Shown here: positions 9,502 through 19,820 of the stretch, in pieces | How positions within the stretch are numbered: the first letter of the stretch is position 1 | Layout: each line of letters starts with the position of its first letter | IMG/VR virus record: IMGVR_UViG_3300030606_000011 | Coordinates: 1 to 48,456 of that record | Direction: 5' to 3' (one strand) | Length of the DNA stretch: 48,456 nucleotides | Source of the DNA: a virus | Lineage: Duplodnaviria > Caudoviricetes | Position numbers and translations under genes: made by a program | The notes under the pieces: model-generated | Seen by the model: the letters and a program-made list of their open reading frames with translations, nothing else | Databases searched by the model: none | Told to the model about the DNA's origin: nothing

Positions 9502-9917
9502 TCGAGGGTCTCCTCGCGTTCGCGCGCGAGGAGATCCGCCTGAAACTCACCAAGTCGGAGTCGAGCAGCGGTGGCGCAACGCTCGACGCTCACGTACGGC
9601 AAGCGCGCCGGCAGATGGGCATGACGCCCGAGGAGACCGAGCACTTCGAGCACCACGAGTGGCTCCCCTGGGAGATGACCTACCTGTGGGAGTGGTTCGT
9701 GGAACTCTGCCAGACCCGGGAGTCCAACAGCTTCGCCCCGGGCGTTCTGGGGTTCACCCTGATCGACGCTTGGGCGCGGCTCAAGCGGTTGGACATAGCG
9801 CCGTGGGAAGTCGATGTCCTGCGGCGGCTCGACGCCGAGTGGATGGGAGCGTATGCCCGATCTCGCCGAACTGAACCTGCGGGTGTCCACGGGAAGCGTC
9901 CGTCGCGCCGTCGTTGA
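9492..9917 (+). CDS. Tail assembly chaperone C-terminal extension (gpT-like), probably reached by a -1 programmed frameshift
   Basis: -1 frame open across the gpG stop; YLWEWFVEL...R and I.AW..L....PWEVDVLRRLD motifs; G5 run CTG GGG GAC just before the stop. Confidence 0.75.
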   Translation, partial: GGLIEGLLAFAREEIRLKLTKSESSSGGATLDAHVRQARRQMGMTPEETEHFEHHEWLPWEMTYLWEWFVELCQTRESNSFAPGVLGFTLIDAWARLKRLDIAPWEVDVLRRLDAEWMGAYARSRRTEPAGVHGKRPSRRR

Positions 9918-12393
9918 TCTGACGGCGCTCGAAGGGGCGTCGAACCGGGCGAACCTCGCCGCAGCGGCGCTGCTCACGACGCTCGGCGGGTTCGTCGCGA
10001 AGGCACTGATCGAGTTCGCGCGCTTCGAGCAGGCCGAGATCACCGTGCGGTCGCTGATCGGCTCCTTGGAGGAGTCCGACGCGATCATGGCGCAGTTGCG
10101 CGCCAAGGCCAGTTCGACGCCCTTCGGTCTGACGCTCCAGACCAACCAGGTCCAGACGATGAAGGCGCTCGGCACCGAGACGAAGAACCTGATCCCCGAT
10201 CTCGAAGTGATGCTCGACACCATGTCGGCCATCGGCGGCCCGCTCGCGCAGGAGAACCTACGCCGCTTCGCGTTCCAGGTCGGTGAGATCCGCGGTCAGG
10301 GCAAGCTCGACGCCGAGGACTTGCGGCGCCTCGCGGACATCAAGATCCCCGCGGTGCCGATCCTCACCGAAGCGTTGCAGCGCACGATCCCGGGCGCGAC
10401 CAGCGGGATGCTGCGCAGCATGATCCGCAAGGGGCAGATCGACTCGGACTCGGCACTCGACGCCCTCTTTGCCGGCTTACGTGAGCGCTACGAGGGTGCG
10501 GTGGAACTGCTCGCGAACTCACTCAAGGGCCAGTTCGACATCCTCAAGAACAACGTTCAGTTGGTCCTGATCGACCTGGGCGAGCAGATCGACGACGCAT
10601 TCGATCTGACCGGGGTTCTGCGACGGTCGTCCGCGGCGATCAAACGTTTCGGCGCCAGTCTACACGACGCCTTCGAGGCGCTCGTGGACGGGACGCCTCT
10701 GCGCGATCTCGACGACGACGCCCGACGCATCGCGCAGACGTTCAAGGTCATCCTCGGTGGCGCGTCGTCGCTCATCACACTCAATATCATCGGGTGGCTG
10801 CACCGCACGACGCTCGCGATCAAAGCCCTCACCGTATCGCTTTTCTCCAACCCCTTCACCTTGGTAGCCACCGCGGCGTCCTTGGCGGTCGGCTGGATCA
10901 TCGCGAACTGGAAAGAGACGGTCACGCTGCGCAACACGACGCTCGAAGTGGGCGACGTGGTCCTGGGCGTGTGGGACGCGATCCGCGACCGAGCCATCGC
11001 CACGGCGCAGATCGTCGCCTTCATGTGGCGGGAATACGCGTTCCCCGAGATGGCCCGTCTGTGGCAGGAGTTCCGCGAGCGCGTGAGTGTGGTCTTCACG
11101 GATCTCATCGAGTGGTCCAAGCGCACGATGCCCGGCGTCGTCGATACCTTCAAGAGCGGGCTCAACAAGATCATCGGGATGTTCGTCGGTCTCGGTGAGG
11201 CGTGGGACAACGTGTGGGATCAGATGGCGGTGTCCGCGGTGCTTCTCTGGGACGACATCAAGCGCATATTCTACTTCGACCCGATCGAGTTGAAGATCGG
11301 CGACGCGTCCCTGTTCAAGATGACATCGAACGTAGATGTGCTGAGCGACGCCGAGCGTAGGTTCTTGGTGGCCGAGGAGACCCGACTCCTCGACCGTGTG
11401 GACTCCGTTTTCAAGCGAACCACCAACAGAGACTACATCGGAGATTTCGCGGACGACGTCAAGGATGCCGCCGCGGCCCTGCGGCAGTTCCTCGAGGAGC
11501 AGGCGAAGATCGACCCTGTGTTCCGGACGCTGCTCGACAACTTCAATGCGGCGTTTGCAAACGGCGTCTTGCCCGACATCGACGAGATCCTGCGGCGAGC
11601 GACCGAACGCGCGCGGGCACGCGAGGAGCAGGAGCGCGCATCTGCGGTCGCAGCGGCGGCGGGTGAACCGTCGATCGGCGGCGACAAGAGCACCCAGGGC
11701 CTGGGCATCAAGGCCGGACTCGGTGACAACGAGTTCACCGAGTACCTCAAGGCGCTCGAACACGAGCAGTACCTTCTCGGGCTGAACGAGGCCGGGCGCA
11801 CGCGTGCCAATCGGATGCTCGAAGGGCAGGCGAAGATCCTCGAAGTCTACGGCAACGACGCGGTGGCGGCAGCCGAGGCGCTGGAATTGCTGCGTCTGCG
11901 GGTCGACGAACTCGCCGACCGCGAACTCTTCGTCGGCGTGCTCGACACGCTCGAACAGGGCGTGCGCAACGCCTTCGTCGACGGCATCACCGCGGCGGCC
12001 TTCAACGAGGACTGGAAGGAAGCGCTGCGCTTCGCTCTCATGGACGTCGCCAAGAACGCGATGAGTCAAGGGATCAACTTCGGGCTGGACGCGCTCCTCG
12101 GATCGGACGCACAGGGCAACCAGAACTCGCTCGCCGGGTGGCTCGGGCTGGCGGGCAACATCACGAGCACCGCGGTGACCGGAGCGCCCGCCAACGCCGG
12201 CGCGGAAGCCCTGGGCGCCGCCGGCGGGCCGGGTAAGATCGACGTGGCGGTGTTCAGCGTGCCGGACGAGGCGACCGCGAACCAGATGGCTGCCAAGGTC
12301 ACGGCGTCGGGCGCCAAGGCGATCGTCGCCAAGGGCACCGGCTCGCCGGGCGTCTCGGCGGGCACGGTGCGGGCGGGGAGGCGCGGACGGTGA
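9853..12393 (+). CDS. Tail tape measure protein
   Basis: 846-aa helical protein after the chaperones; tape-measure N-domain (TPF.L....G.I..QGKL.AEDLR.L). Confidence 0.93.
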   Translation: MPDLAELNLRVSTGSVRRAVVDLTALEGASNRANLAAAALLTTLGGFVAKALIEFARFEQAEITVRSLIGSLEESDAIMAQLRAKASSTPFGLTLQTNQVQTMKALGTETKNLIPDLEVMLDTMSAIGGPLAQENLRRFAFQVGEIRGQGKLDAEDLRRLADIKIPAVPILTEALQRTIPGATSGMLRSMIRKGQIDSDSALDALFAGLRERYEGAVELLANSLKGQFDILKNNVQLVLIDLGEQIDDAFDLTGVLRRSSAAIKRFGASLHDAFEALVDGTPLRDLDDDARRIAQTFKVILGGASSLITLNIIGWLHRTTLAIKALTVSLFSNPFTLVATAASLAVGWIIANWKETVTLRNTTLEVGDVVLGVWDAIRDRAIATAQIVAFMWREYAFPEMARLWQEFRERVSVVFTDLIEWSKRTMPGVVDTFKSGLNKIIGMFVGLGEAWDNVWDQMAVSAVLLWDDIKRIFYFDPIELKIGDASLFKMTSNVDVLSDAERRFLVAEETRLLDRVDSVFKRTTNRDYIGDFADDVKDAAAALRQFLEEQAKIDPVFRTLLDNFNAAFANGVLPDIDEILRRATERARAREEQERASAVAAAAGEPSIGGDKSTQGLGIKAGLGDNEFTEYLKALEHEQYLLGLNEAGRTRANRMLEGQAKILEVYGNDAVAAAEALELLRLRVDELADRELFVGVLDTLEQGVRNAFVDGITAAAFNEDWKEALRFALMDVAKNAMSQGINFGLDALLGSDAQGNQNSLAGWLGLAGNITSTAVTGAPANAGAEALGAAGGPGKIDVAVFSVPDEATANQMAAKVTASGAKAIVAKGTGSPGVSAGTVRAGRRGR
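12236..12321 (+). repeat. 86-bp dispersed repeat, copy 1 (copy 2 at 26630-26715)
   Basis: 79/86 identical, including a 44-bp perfect block. Confidence 0.92.
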
Positions 12394-13028
12394 GCACGGT
12401 CGTCTTCGACTTCTTCGTGGCGGGCGACTTCCGCTATCGGTCGTTCGCCGAGACCGTCACCGTCGAGGGTAACGAGGGCGTCACGATCGACCGCCCCGAC
12501 GCCGGACCCTATGGGGTCTACAAGGCCGAGTTCAGCGTGGACGTCCCCGGACCTGGTTGCGCGACCGGCACCGAGCGCACCATCGAGGACTGGCTCGACT
12601 TCCTGCGGGACCGTCAGGGCGCCTACGACTCGTGGTTGTGGAAGGACCCGCTCGTCGAGTCGCGCTACAAGGTGGCGACGACCGACACCGACGGGGCGCT
12701 CGGCAACGGCACGGGCAGCCAGACCGACTTCGCGCTCGCCCACACACGGATCGACGCAGCGACCCTGCTCGTCTACGTGAACGGCGCGCTCCAGACGTTG
12801 ACGACGCACTACACGCTCGAGGACAACAACACCGACGCGCCCTACGTCGCTTTCGTCTCCGCGCCCGGAGGAGGGCTCCCGGTGACGGTCGAATACGAGT
12901 TCTACTACCCCGTGAAGTTCGCCACCGACCCAGACGACGATGCGTGGCGTGGTGGCGGGCTCCATTTCCGCACCCCGGTGTCGATCCGTGAGGTGTACGC
13001 GGGAGCGCACCGCGTCGATGTCCAGTAG
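12390..13028 (+). CDS. DUF2460-like distal tail protein
   Basis: F...RQGAYDSWLWKDP, GNGTGSQTDFAL, VYVNG and F.SAP..G..VT.EYEFYYPVKF motifs; follows the tape measure gene. Confidence 0.85.
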   Translation: MSTVVFDFFVAGDFRYRSFAETVTVEGNEGVTIDRPDAGPYGVYKAEFSVDVPGPGCATGTERTIEDWLDFLRDRQGAYDSWLWKDPLVESRYKVATTDTDGALGNGTGSQTDFALAHTRIDAATLLVYVNGALQTLTTHYTLEDNNTDAPYVAFVSAPGGGLPVTVEYEFYYPVKFATDPDDDAWRGGGLHFRTPVSIREVYAGAHRVDVQ

Positions 13029-13731
13029 AGGGCTCTCGACGGCGGTTCTGAGCCTGCTCGATGCGTTCAGTCTGCCGCGCATGATCGTCCTGTTCGAGTT
13101 CGAGACGCTCGGGCTGCGGATCACGAACTTCCCCCGCTCGCTGACCTTCGAGAACGACGTCTACACCGGGGGGAAGGCGGCGGCCGACGAGTTCACCGTC
13201 AAGGCGCTCGGGATGAGCGAGAACCTGAACTTCGAGGCCCCCTCGGCGGTCATCGAGATCGGGTCGGTGAACGGTTGGGCGCAGGCTCTCTTCTTCGCCG
13301 ACAGTTTCCGCGAGGACACGTGCATCGTGACCTTGCTCTACTCGACGGGCAGCGGCTTCCTCTCGACCGGGTGGCGGACGCGCTTCAAGTGTGATGCCGA
13401 GGAGTGCAACGCCGCGAACGTCCGCATCCGGCTCGGCTCCCTCGACGCGGCGACGGGCACCGAGGTGCCCCGACGTACCACGCAGTCCGAGGGCTGCCAG
13501 TGGCGTTTCCAGCAGTCGGACCCGATCGCAGGCTGCACTTTCCGGTTCGACCCGAGCGTCCACGTCGCCGCGCTCGCCACGTGCGACCGGACGTACGACG
13601 GGGCGAACGGCTGCGGCAAGCACTTCCCCGACATCACCGACCCGCGCACGGGGGACGAGCGCCCTAGGGTCAAGCCCTACGGGGCGTTCCTCGGTTCGCT
13701 CGACCACAGGCTCGTGAAGGGGCGCCGCTGA
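13018..13731 (+). CDS. DUF2163 / gpL-like baseplate hub or tail tip protein
   Basis: C-terminal Cys cluster PRR....CQW.F......C...CDRTY....GC..HF...YGAF. Confidence 0.8.
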   Translation: MSSRGLSTAVLSLLDAFSLPRMIVLFEFETLGLRITNFPRSLTFENDVYTGGKAAADEFTVKALGMSENLNFEAPSAVIEIGSVNGWAQALFFADSFREDTCIVTLLYSTGSGFLSTGWRTRFKCDAEECNAANVRIRLGSLDAATGTEVPRRTTQSEGCQWRFQQSDPIAGCTFRFDPSVHVAALATCDRTYDGANGCGKHFPDITDPRTGDERPRVKPYGAFLGSLDHRLVKGRR

Positions 13732-13732
13732 C

Positions 13733-16426
13733 GTGGGCAGCAACTTCCTCGGGGCCGTCATCCAACTCGTCGTGGGGATCGTCCTCACGATCGCGAGCCC
13801 TCTCACGGCACCTGCGGGTGTCGCGCTCATCATCGGCGCCGTGTTCACCGCAGCCGCGGTGGCGCTCACGCCGGACAGGGGCGAGGCGACCGACGAGCGG
13901 GAGTCGCCCACGTACGGCTTCGGGCAGTTCACGAACCCGAAGAAGGGGGACTCCCCGATCCCGGTCGTCTACTCGGCCGCGGGGCACAAGATCGCCCCGG
14001 TGTGGCTCCAAGCGTTCATCACACCACGGGGCTTCGACGCCGAGGACGACCGCAAAGGCGCGCGTACGCAACAACTCTCGGGACTCCTCGCCATCGCAGA
14101 AGGTCCGATCGAGGACATCTCCGAGATCCGCTTCAACGACGAGCCGGTCTTCGACCGTACGGTGGCCTACCAGTTCGGTGTGGGCAACGGCTCGCGTACG
14201 AAGTGGGCGCTGCCGCAGAACAAGATCGAACTGGACTCGGTCGAGGTGTACGAGGGCGCGACGCCCCGAGGGTTCTTCGTGGCGGCGAAGTCCGACATCG
14301 TGTTCGTCGCGAGCGGGACGGGCACCACGCACGTCGTCGATCTCCCCGACGGTCTCGACGACAGCTACCCGATCGAGTTCTTCAACACCAACCCGGTCGG
14401 CAAGACGACGGCGCAACTCGAAACCTACCGTCTGACGCCGCAGATATGGCTCGCCAGCGAGACACAAATCTTCATCCACCGGGACGTTCCGTTCCCCGCG
14501 AACATGGTCGTCTACATGCGCTACGGTGTCCGGGCGACCAACGGCGTGCGGATCACGAAGGTAGGGGGCAACGTCGAGATCAAGTTCAACTCGGCCCCGG
14601 CGAGCGGCGTGAAACTCACGGCGTCGTGGACGCGCAAGAACATCGACAAGGTGAAAGTCTCGCTCCGTCGGGGGTCGGCCCACCAACTCCCGATCTGGGG
14701 GTTCCACATCATCCGGAACAGTTTCGCCGTTCCGGCACCCACCTTGGCTCAGGACACGCCCGTCGTCAAGGATACCCAGGACGCCGTCGACGACGTCGGC
14801 ATCAACATCCAGTCGAGCGCGAACGGCATGGTGGCCTTCGACAGCGACGGCGACCCCAACGAAGTGCGCGCGCAGTTCACCATCGATGTGAAGCGTGTGA
14901 CAGGCACCGAGACTGCCGGCGGCACGAACACGTTCGATGATTGGTACAAGATCCCCGACCCCCGCGGAGCCGACTCGGCCGAAGCCAAGAACGGGTACGA
15001 GTTCCAGGTGCGGGGCAACACGATCAGCCAATTCTTCTGGACGTTCTGGGTGCGGAACACATTGCAGGAGAACGCCCGCAAGGCGAAGGGCACGAGCAAG
15101 AACGACCAGGCCCTCCGCAAAGCGTACTCGGACTTCTCCCGGGGGAGGTATTCGGTACGGATCACGCGCACGAACCCGGTGGCGTCCACGAACAACTCGC
15201 GCTACACCGACGACATCGAGTTCACGTCGATCACCGAGATGCAGGACGAGGCGCTGAACCTCCCGGGCACGGCGCTGCTCGGGTTCCACGCCCTCGGCAC
15301 CGAACGTCTGAGCGGCGGGGCGCCGAACGTCACCTTGGTGGTCAAGGGCAAGCGCGACGTGCAGCGCGCGGTGGTCGACGAGGACAGCCCGACGGGCTAC
15401 TCGTGGAACCCTGCGTCGTGGGAAAACCAATCGAACCGCGTCTGGGCGGCGGTCGATCTCATCACGTCGTGGCGCTTCGGCGCGGGCGACGTCTACGATC
15501 GCGACGTCAACATCGACTTGGCGAGCGCGATCGAGTGCGCCGACTGGCTCGACGGGCAGGTGTCGGTCGGGGACAACACGTCGGACGAAGAGGTGCGCAG
15601 CCGCCTGGACATCGTGCTCGACACGCGCAAATCGTTGCTCGACACCTTGCGCGACGTGTTGCAGCCGGGTCGGATCTGGGCCGTCCTGCGTGGGGACACC
15701 TTCGTGTTCGTCAAGGACGACGCCGTCGATCTCAGCGCGGTGCCGGTCATCTACGACGACACCAAGCGCGGGCGCACGACCAAGGACTCCCTCGCGTTCA
15801 GCCACGACACGGTGGTGTCGCGCGCCACGGAGGTACAACTCACGTATCTCGACGAGGCCGAGGAGTTCCAGCCCAAGGAGGTGTGGGTCGTGCCCGAGGA
15901 ACCGGGCGACGATCCGCGCCGCGTACGGCGCGTCACCGCCTACGGGATCACGCGACACACCGAGACGTCGCGCTACGGCGCGTTCCTCTACGCGCAGCTC
16001 CGGCACCAGGGGGCGTCGATGGTGGTCGCCGCGGCACCGCGGGCGCTCGACTTCGGGGCGGGTGGGGTAATCCGGGTCATCAGCAACCGCACCGGGATCG
16101 ACGGCTACTGGCGCATCTTCGAGAGCGACGTGAGCACCGACAACTACTTCGTGAAGTTGGAGGGTCGGCAGTACGTGCCGCACGTGTACGCGCAGACCGC
16201 CGACACGCAGCGGATCATCACCGACGGGTTCACGCGGCTCCTCGCGCAACCCGCCCCCACGCTCTCGGCGCCCGCAGCGTCACAGTCCCCGTTCACGGGG
16301 GGTGGCACGGGCGAAGTCGTTGCCCCCGGAGGGGACTTGGACTTCGTGCGGTCCCCGACCGGGCGTTCACGGACCAAGATCCGTTCGGCGGGCCGGGTCC
16401 GCGCGAGACTGAGGCGGACGGGCTGA
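13733..16426 (+). CDS. Central tail tip protein (gpI/gpJ-like host-specificity protein)
   Basis: 897 aa; hydrophobic gpI-like N-terminus, SPTYGF, PIPVVY, LAIAEGPI, N.VWAAVDL.T..RFGAG and ID.....CAD..D motifs. Confidence 0.88.
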   Translation: MGSNFLGAVIQLVVGIVLTIASPLTAPAGVALIIGAVFTAAAVALTPDRGEATDERESPTYGFGQFTNPKKGDSPIPVVYSAAGHKIAPVWLQAFITPRGFDAEDDRKGARTQQLSGLLAIAEGPIEDISEIRFNDEPVFDRTVAYQFGVGNGSRTKWALPQNKIELDSVEVYEGATPRGFFVAAKSDIVFVASGTGTTHVVDLPDGLDDSYPIEFFNTNPVGKTTAQLETYRLTPQIWLASETQIFIHRDVPFPANMVVYMRYGVRATNGVRITKVGGNVEIKFNSAPASGVKLTASWTRKNIDKVKVSLRRGSAHQLPIWGFHIIRNSFAVPAPTLAQDTPVVKDTQDAVDDVGINIQSSANGMVAFDSDGDPNEVRAQFTIDVKRVTGTETAGGTNTFDDWYKIPDPRGADSAEAKNGYEFQVRGNTISQFFWTFWVRNTLQENARKAKGTSKNDQALRKAYSDFSRGRYSVRITRTNPVASTNNSRYTDDIEFTSITEMQDEALNLPGTALLGFHALGTERLSGGAPNVTLVVKGKRDVQRAVVDEDSPTGYSWNPASWENQSNRVWAAVDLITSWRFGAGDVYDRDVNIDLASAIECADWLDGQVSVGDNTSDEEVRSRLDIVLDTRKSLLDTLRDVLQPGRIWAVLRGDTFVFVKDDAVDLSAVPVIYDDTKRGRTTKDSLAFSHDTVVSRATEVQLTYLDEAEEFQPKEVWVVPEEPGDDPRRVRRVTAYGITRHTETSRYGAFLYAQLRHQGASMVVAAAPRALDFGAGGVIRVISNRTGIDGYWRIFESDVSTDNYFVKLEGRQYVPHVYAQTADTQRIITDGFTRLLAQPAPTLSAPAASQSPFTGGGTGEVVAPGGDLDFVRSPTGRSRTKIRSAGRVRARLRRTG

Positions 16427-17832
16427 TGCCGAAGTGGACGGCGTTCTGGGCGGTCGAGGAAGGCACGGCGGCCGACACGTTCAACGTCTACACCCGTCGC
16501 AAGGGCGGGGACTGGACGCTCGCAGGGACGACGGCGGGCAACCGCTTCGAAGTGACGGTCCCCGACACGTTCGATGTCTACCAGGTCGGCATCGCCACCG
16601 TGCTGAACGCCATCGAGGCGTCCGAGGAGTGGTGGGAGATCATCGACTTCCTGCCCGGATCGACGGAGGACTTCGGACTGCCCGCCGACCCGGGGGCGTT
16701 CGTGGTCGAGCAGATCGACCAGAGCTTCGACGTGCGCGCCCGCTGGCAGCCGGTGGACGACCCCCATCTACTCGGATACGAGATCCGCGAGGGGGCGGAT
16801 TGGGAGACCGGGATCGTGCGGCATTTCGCGCCGGGCAACGTCCCGTCGAACGCCGAGGGTTGGATCGAGGCAGGCTTCGGGATGATCGAGCCGAAAAGCA
16901 CCACGTTCCAGATGAAGACCATCAGCGAGTTCGGGGAGTACAGCCAGAACGCGACGCCGTGGACGATCGGCATCCAGATCCCCAACACGTACAAGCCCGA
17001 GACCCCGGTCGACGAGAAGGCCGGAGGCTTCGCGGGCACCAAGACCGACACCGAGGTCTCGGGCGGCAACCTGCGGCTGACGGTGACGCCGTCCACGGTG
17101 GATGCGTGGTCGAGCGGCGTCGTGGACGACTACGACAAGCTCTTGTGGCTCGGGCACTACGGCACGGGGACGTACGTCACCGAGGTAATCGAGGCGTTGG
17201 ACGACGCGGCGAACGGGATCGTCGCCGACGAGGTCGTCACGTTGGATCTCGAAGGCTCGAAGGTCACGCCGGCGACGCTCACGGTCGACCAGATGTCCGC
17301 TGTCATCAGCCCGGCGCTCGACGCCGACGGCGACCCGAACGACCCGCACGTGGTCGGGCCGTACGACTACGTCTACGTGGACGAGACCGTCAAGTACGGG
17401 CTGGAACTCGGCATCGAGATCAGGACCACGGAAGACGACCCGGGCGGTTCACCGACGTGGACGCCCTACCGGCCCTTCGTCCCTGGCGCGCGCTACCGTT
17501 ACCGCGCGGTGCAGTTGCGCTTCACGGTCACGTGCCGGTGGAATTGGGTCTGGAGCATCTCGAAGATGACCATTCGCCGCTGGCGCCGCAACCTCAAGGA
17601 CGAGGCTCTGGTCGTCGACGACGAGGGTTCGGGCGCCAAGGCGGTGACGTTCACCGAGCCCTTCACGAAAGCTCCCGTCGTGCAGGCCACGGTCGAGAGT
17701 GCGTCGGGCGCGTACGCCACCGTGGACCCTTCGAGCGTCACCCGCACGGGCTGTAACATCTACATCTGGGACGACGGCGATCCGGCGACCCAGATCATGG
17801 GCACGGCGCACGTCACCGCCGCAGGAGTGTGA
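16426..17832 (+). CDS. Tail tip/fibre protein (FN3-like domains, C-terminal H-type-lectin-like domain)
   Basis: ATG overlaps the upstream TGA; GYEIREG.DW and VTFTEPF.KAPVVQAT motifs. Confidence 0.78.
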   Translation: MPKWTAFWAVEEGTAADTFNVYTRRKGGDWTLAGTTAGNRFEVTVPDTFDVYQVGIATVLNAIEASEEWWEIIDFLPGSTEDFGLPADPGAFVVEQIDQSFDVRARWQPVDDPHLLGYEIREGADWETGIVRHFAPGNVPSNAEGWIEAGFGMIEPKSTTFQMKTISEFGEYSQNATPWTIGIQIPNTYKPETPVDEKAGGFAGTKTDTEVSGGNLRLTVTPSTVDAWSSGVVDDYDKLLWLGHYGTGTYVTEVIEALDDAANGIVADEVVTLDLEGSKVTPATLTVDQMSAVISPALDADGDPNDPHVVGPYDYVYVDETVKYGLELGIEIRTTEDDPGGSPTWTPYRPFVPGARYRYRAVQLRFTVTCRWNWVWSISKMTIRRWRRNLKDEALVVDDEGSGAKAVTFTEPFTKAPVVQATVESASGAYATVDPSSVTRTGCNIYIWDDGDPATQIMGTAHVTAAGV

Positions 17833-17836
17833 AACC

Positions 17837-18757
17837 ATGGGCCAGACCTTCGCGACGCTCAACAGCGGCTCTCAGGGACCGAGCACGTATCTGCCGATCC
17901 TCGACGTGCGCACCGAGACGCTGCGCTCCTGCTTCGCGGGACCGTCGGCCCCGTCGTCCCCGGCGCCGGACGCGGGGCAGCTCTGGTACGACGACGCGAA
18001 CGGCATCCTCTTCCAGTATGACGGGTCGACGTGGGTCGAGGTCGGCACCGCCATTCAGTCAGACGTGGACTACAACCTGAACCAGATCACGAACGCACGT
18101 CTGGAGAACTCGGCCAGCGACCCGACGCCGGCGGCGGGCAACGTCGGCTACATCTTCGTCCACACGGGTGCCGGCAAGGTGAAGGTGGTCGTGGACTCCT
18201 CGACGCTCGAGACCGTCTGGTCGGCGAGCAACGCGGACCTGTGGTCGATCCCCCTGCCCGTGCGTTCGTGGGTCAAGGACGCGGCCGACCCGCCGGCGGA
18301 CGTCGTCGTGGGCACGACCCCGCAGTGGCACACGTGGCGCTTCAACGACACCGACCAACGGATGCACACGCAGGCGCGGCTCCCACGTGGGTTCAGCGAG
18401 GACGCGTCGGTCGTCCTGCGCGTCCACTACCTGCTCAACGTCGCCGAGAGCGCCTCGGACGTCCTGGCGGCCGTGCTCGACTACAAGAAGCTCTCGCTCG
18501 ACTCGGCCGACGCCGCCGACGGCACGTCCACGCAGAAGACCGCCTCGGGGCAGTCGATCGGCGCCGAGGCCGGGCAGTACACGTACCACACGTGCGACAT
18601 CCTGCTCCCGCACGACGACGCCAACAACCCGCTGGTCGGCAACGACGCGCTCGCTCTCTCGTGGGGGCTCGCCGCGGTGGCGTCCGTCACCGATGCGCTG
18701 GTCTTCGACGCCGAGTTGCTCTCGCCCTGCGGACCGCTCGGCCCGACCGAGGTCTAG
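17837..18757 (+). CDS. Putative tail fibre / receptor-binding protein
   Basis: AGGAG RBS; G.SAPS.P..GQLWYD......YDGSTW motif; last gene of the tail operon. Confidence 0.75.
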   Translation: MGQTFATLNSGSQGPSTYLPILDVRTETLRSCFAGPSAPSSPAPDAGQLWYDDANGILFQYDGSTWVEVGTAIQSDVDYNLNQITNARLENSASDPTPAAGNVGYIFVHTGAGKVKVVVDSSTLETVWSASNADLWSIPLPVRSWVKDAADPPADVVVGTTPQWHTWRFNDTDQRMHTQARLPRGFSEDASVVLRVHYLLNVAESASDVLAAVLDYKKLSLDSADAADGTSTQKTASGQSIGAEAGQYTYHTCDILLPHDDANNPLVGNDALALSWGLAAVASVTDALVFDAELLSPCGPLGPTEV

Positions 18758-19011
18758 TCGTCGGTCGCGCTGTCCGGCGACACAGGTGCCGTAGGTGTTG
18801 CCGGAGTGTAGGCACCGCGGGTGCAGGCGTTGACGGCGACGCGCGTGCGCTCGACCTGGACCTGGTAGTCGTCGGACTGTCTGCGCAGCTCCTCGGTCCA
18901 CTGGCTGCGCTCGGCAGCGCAGCGGTGGGTCGTCTCGGCAGCGTGGTCGAGGGCACGCACGGTGAACGGACGAACGTACTCCATCAACCGCTGCCACGCG
19001 GACGTCCTCAC
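18754..19011 (-). CDS. Hypothetical coiled-coil protein
   Basis: GTG coupled to the stop of 19008-19349. Confidence 0.55.
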   Translation of the reverse strand: MRTSAWQRLMEYVRPFTVRALDHAAETTHRCAAERSQWTEELRRQSDDYQVQVERTRVAVNACTRGAYTPATPTAPVSPDSATDD

Positions 19012-19349
19012 GGGGCGTCCCCAGACCGGCGCACCAGAGCTTTGACGTCCTCGATGTGGCGGGCGATCTCGCGGAACGCTGCGGCGTACTTCTCGTCCTG
19101 CGCGGTGACCTGACATGCGACGGCCTCGAGTTGCTGCGCGCTCTCGTGCAGTGCCTCGAGGATAGCCGTGCTGGCCTGCGCCCGCAGAGATGCGTCTCCG
19201 TGGGCAGCCACGACTTCACGTTCGAGCGCAGAAATCCGGTCGGCGGCGCGGCGGTCGGCGCGCAGGCTGGCGGTCACGAGCACGGCGAACAGCGCGGAGA
19301 TGCCCGCCGCGAAGTACCCGATGATCTTGAAGATCCCGTCCTCGGACAT
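19008..19349 (-). CDS. Membrane-anchored coiled-coil protein (possible spanin or holin-associated)
   Basis: N-terminal TM helix (IIGYFAAGISALFAVLV) followed by a long helix. Confidence 0.65.
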   Translation of the reverse strand: MSEDGIFKIIGYFAAGISALFAVLVTASLRADRRAADRISALEREVVAAHGDASLRAQASTAILEALHESAQQLEAVACQVTAQDEKYAAAFREIARHIEDVKALVRRSGDAP

Positions 19350-19357
19350 GGCCTCTA

Positions 19358-19576
19358 CTACGTGTAGGTCACGGCCTTGACGGTCTCGGGCGGGCCGACG
19401 TCCGACTCGATCGCAGAGGCCGAGTTCTTGTGGGCGAGGAGCGTCACCGCGCACGCGCGGCTGCACTCGATCAGCCTGGACCCGGCCGGGGCGGGGTCGG
19501 TGTAGGAGAAGAGGACGGACGAATTGCCGCTCTCTGCGACCTTCACGGCCTCTACGGACACGCCTGCGTAGACCAT
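19358..19576 (-). CDS. Hypothetical protein
   Basis: AGGAG RBS, 72 aa. Confidence 0.65.
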   Translation of the reverse strand: MVYAGVSVEAVKVAESGNSSVLFSYTDPAPAGSRLIECSRACAVTLLAHKNSASAIESDVGPPETVKAVTYT

Positions 19577-19586
19577 GGGGGGTCTC

Positions 19587-19820
19587 CTAATCGAGAGCCA
19601 CGGCGCCGACGAGCACGTCGAGCCTGTAGAGAGTGTAGACCGAGAGCAGGATGTTCACCACACAGGCGAAGAAAACCAGCCACGTCGGCCACCGGGCGCG
19701 CAGCACGCCGATGCTGCCGGCGACGTGGACCACACGCCCGCACGGGCACCCCACGAGAACCTCCAGGTCGCCGGAATCTTCCCCGATCGGGGGTCCAGCG
19801 GTTGCCGTCGCCGATGACAT
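19587..19820 (-). CDS. Small membrane protein with CxC motif
   Basis: GGAGG RBS; C-terminal hydrophobic helix. Confidence 0.55.
   Translation of the reverse strand: MSSATATAGPPIGEDSGDLEVLVGCPCGRVVHVAGSIGVLRARWPTWLVFFACVVNILLSVYTLYRLDVLVGAVALD

Noticed and set aside
13670-16249. Long antisense ORFs (e.g. 13670-16249, 97-1830, 3856-5505, 27112-28686, 40658-42262)
   Set aside because: Expected shadows of high-GC3 genes with no motifs or RBS, unlike the two accepted overlapping ORFs, which carry family-specific motifs
14941-16425. 5' part of the 963-aa ORF 14941-17832 as a second overlapping gene
   Set aside because: Arg/Gly-rich shadow translation over the J-like gene; protein-like sequence starts only at ATG 16426, which is coupled to the upstream stop
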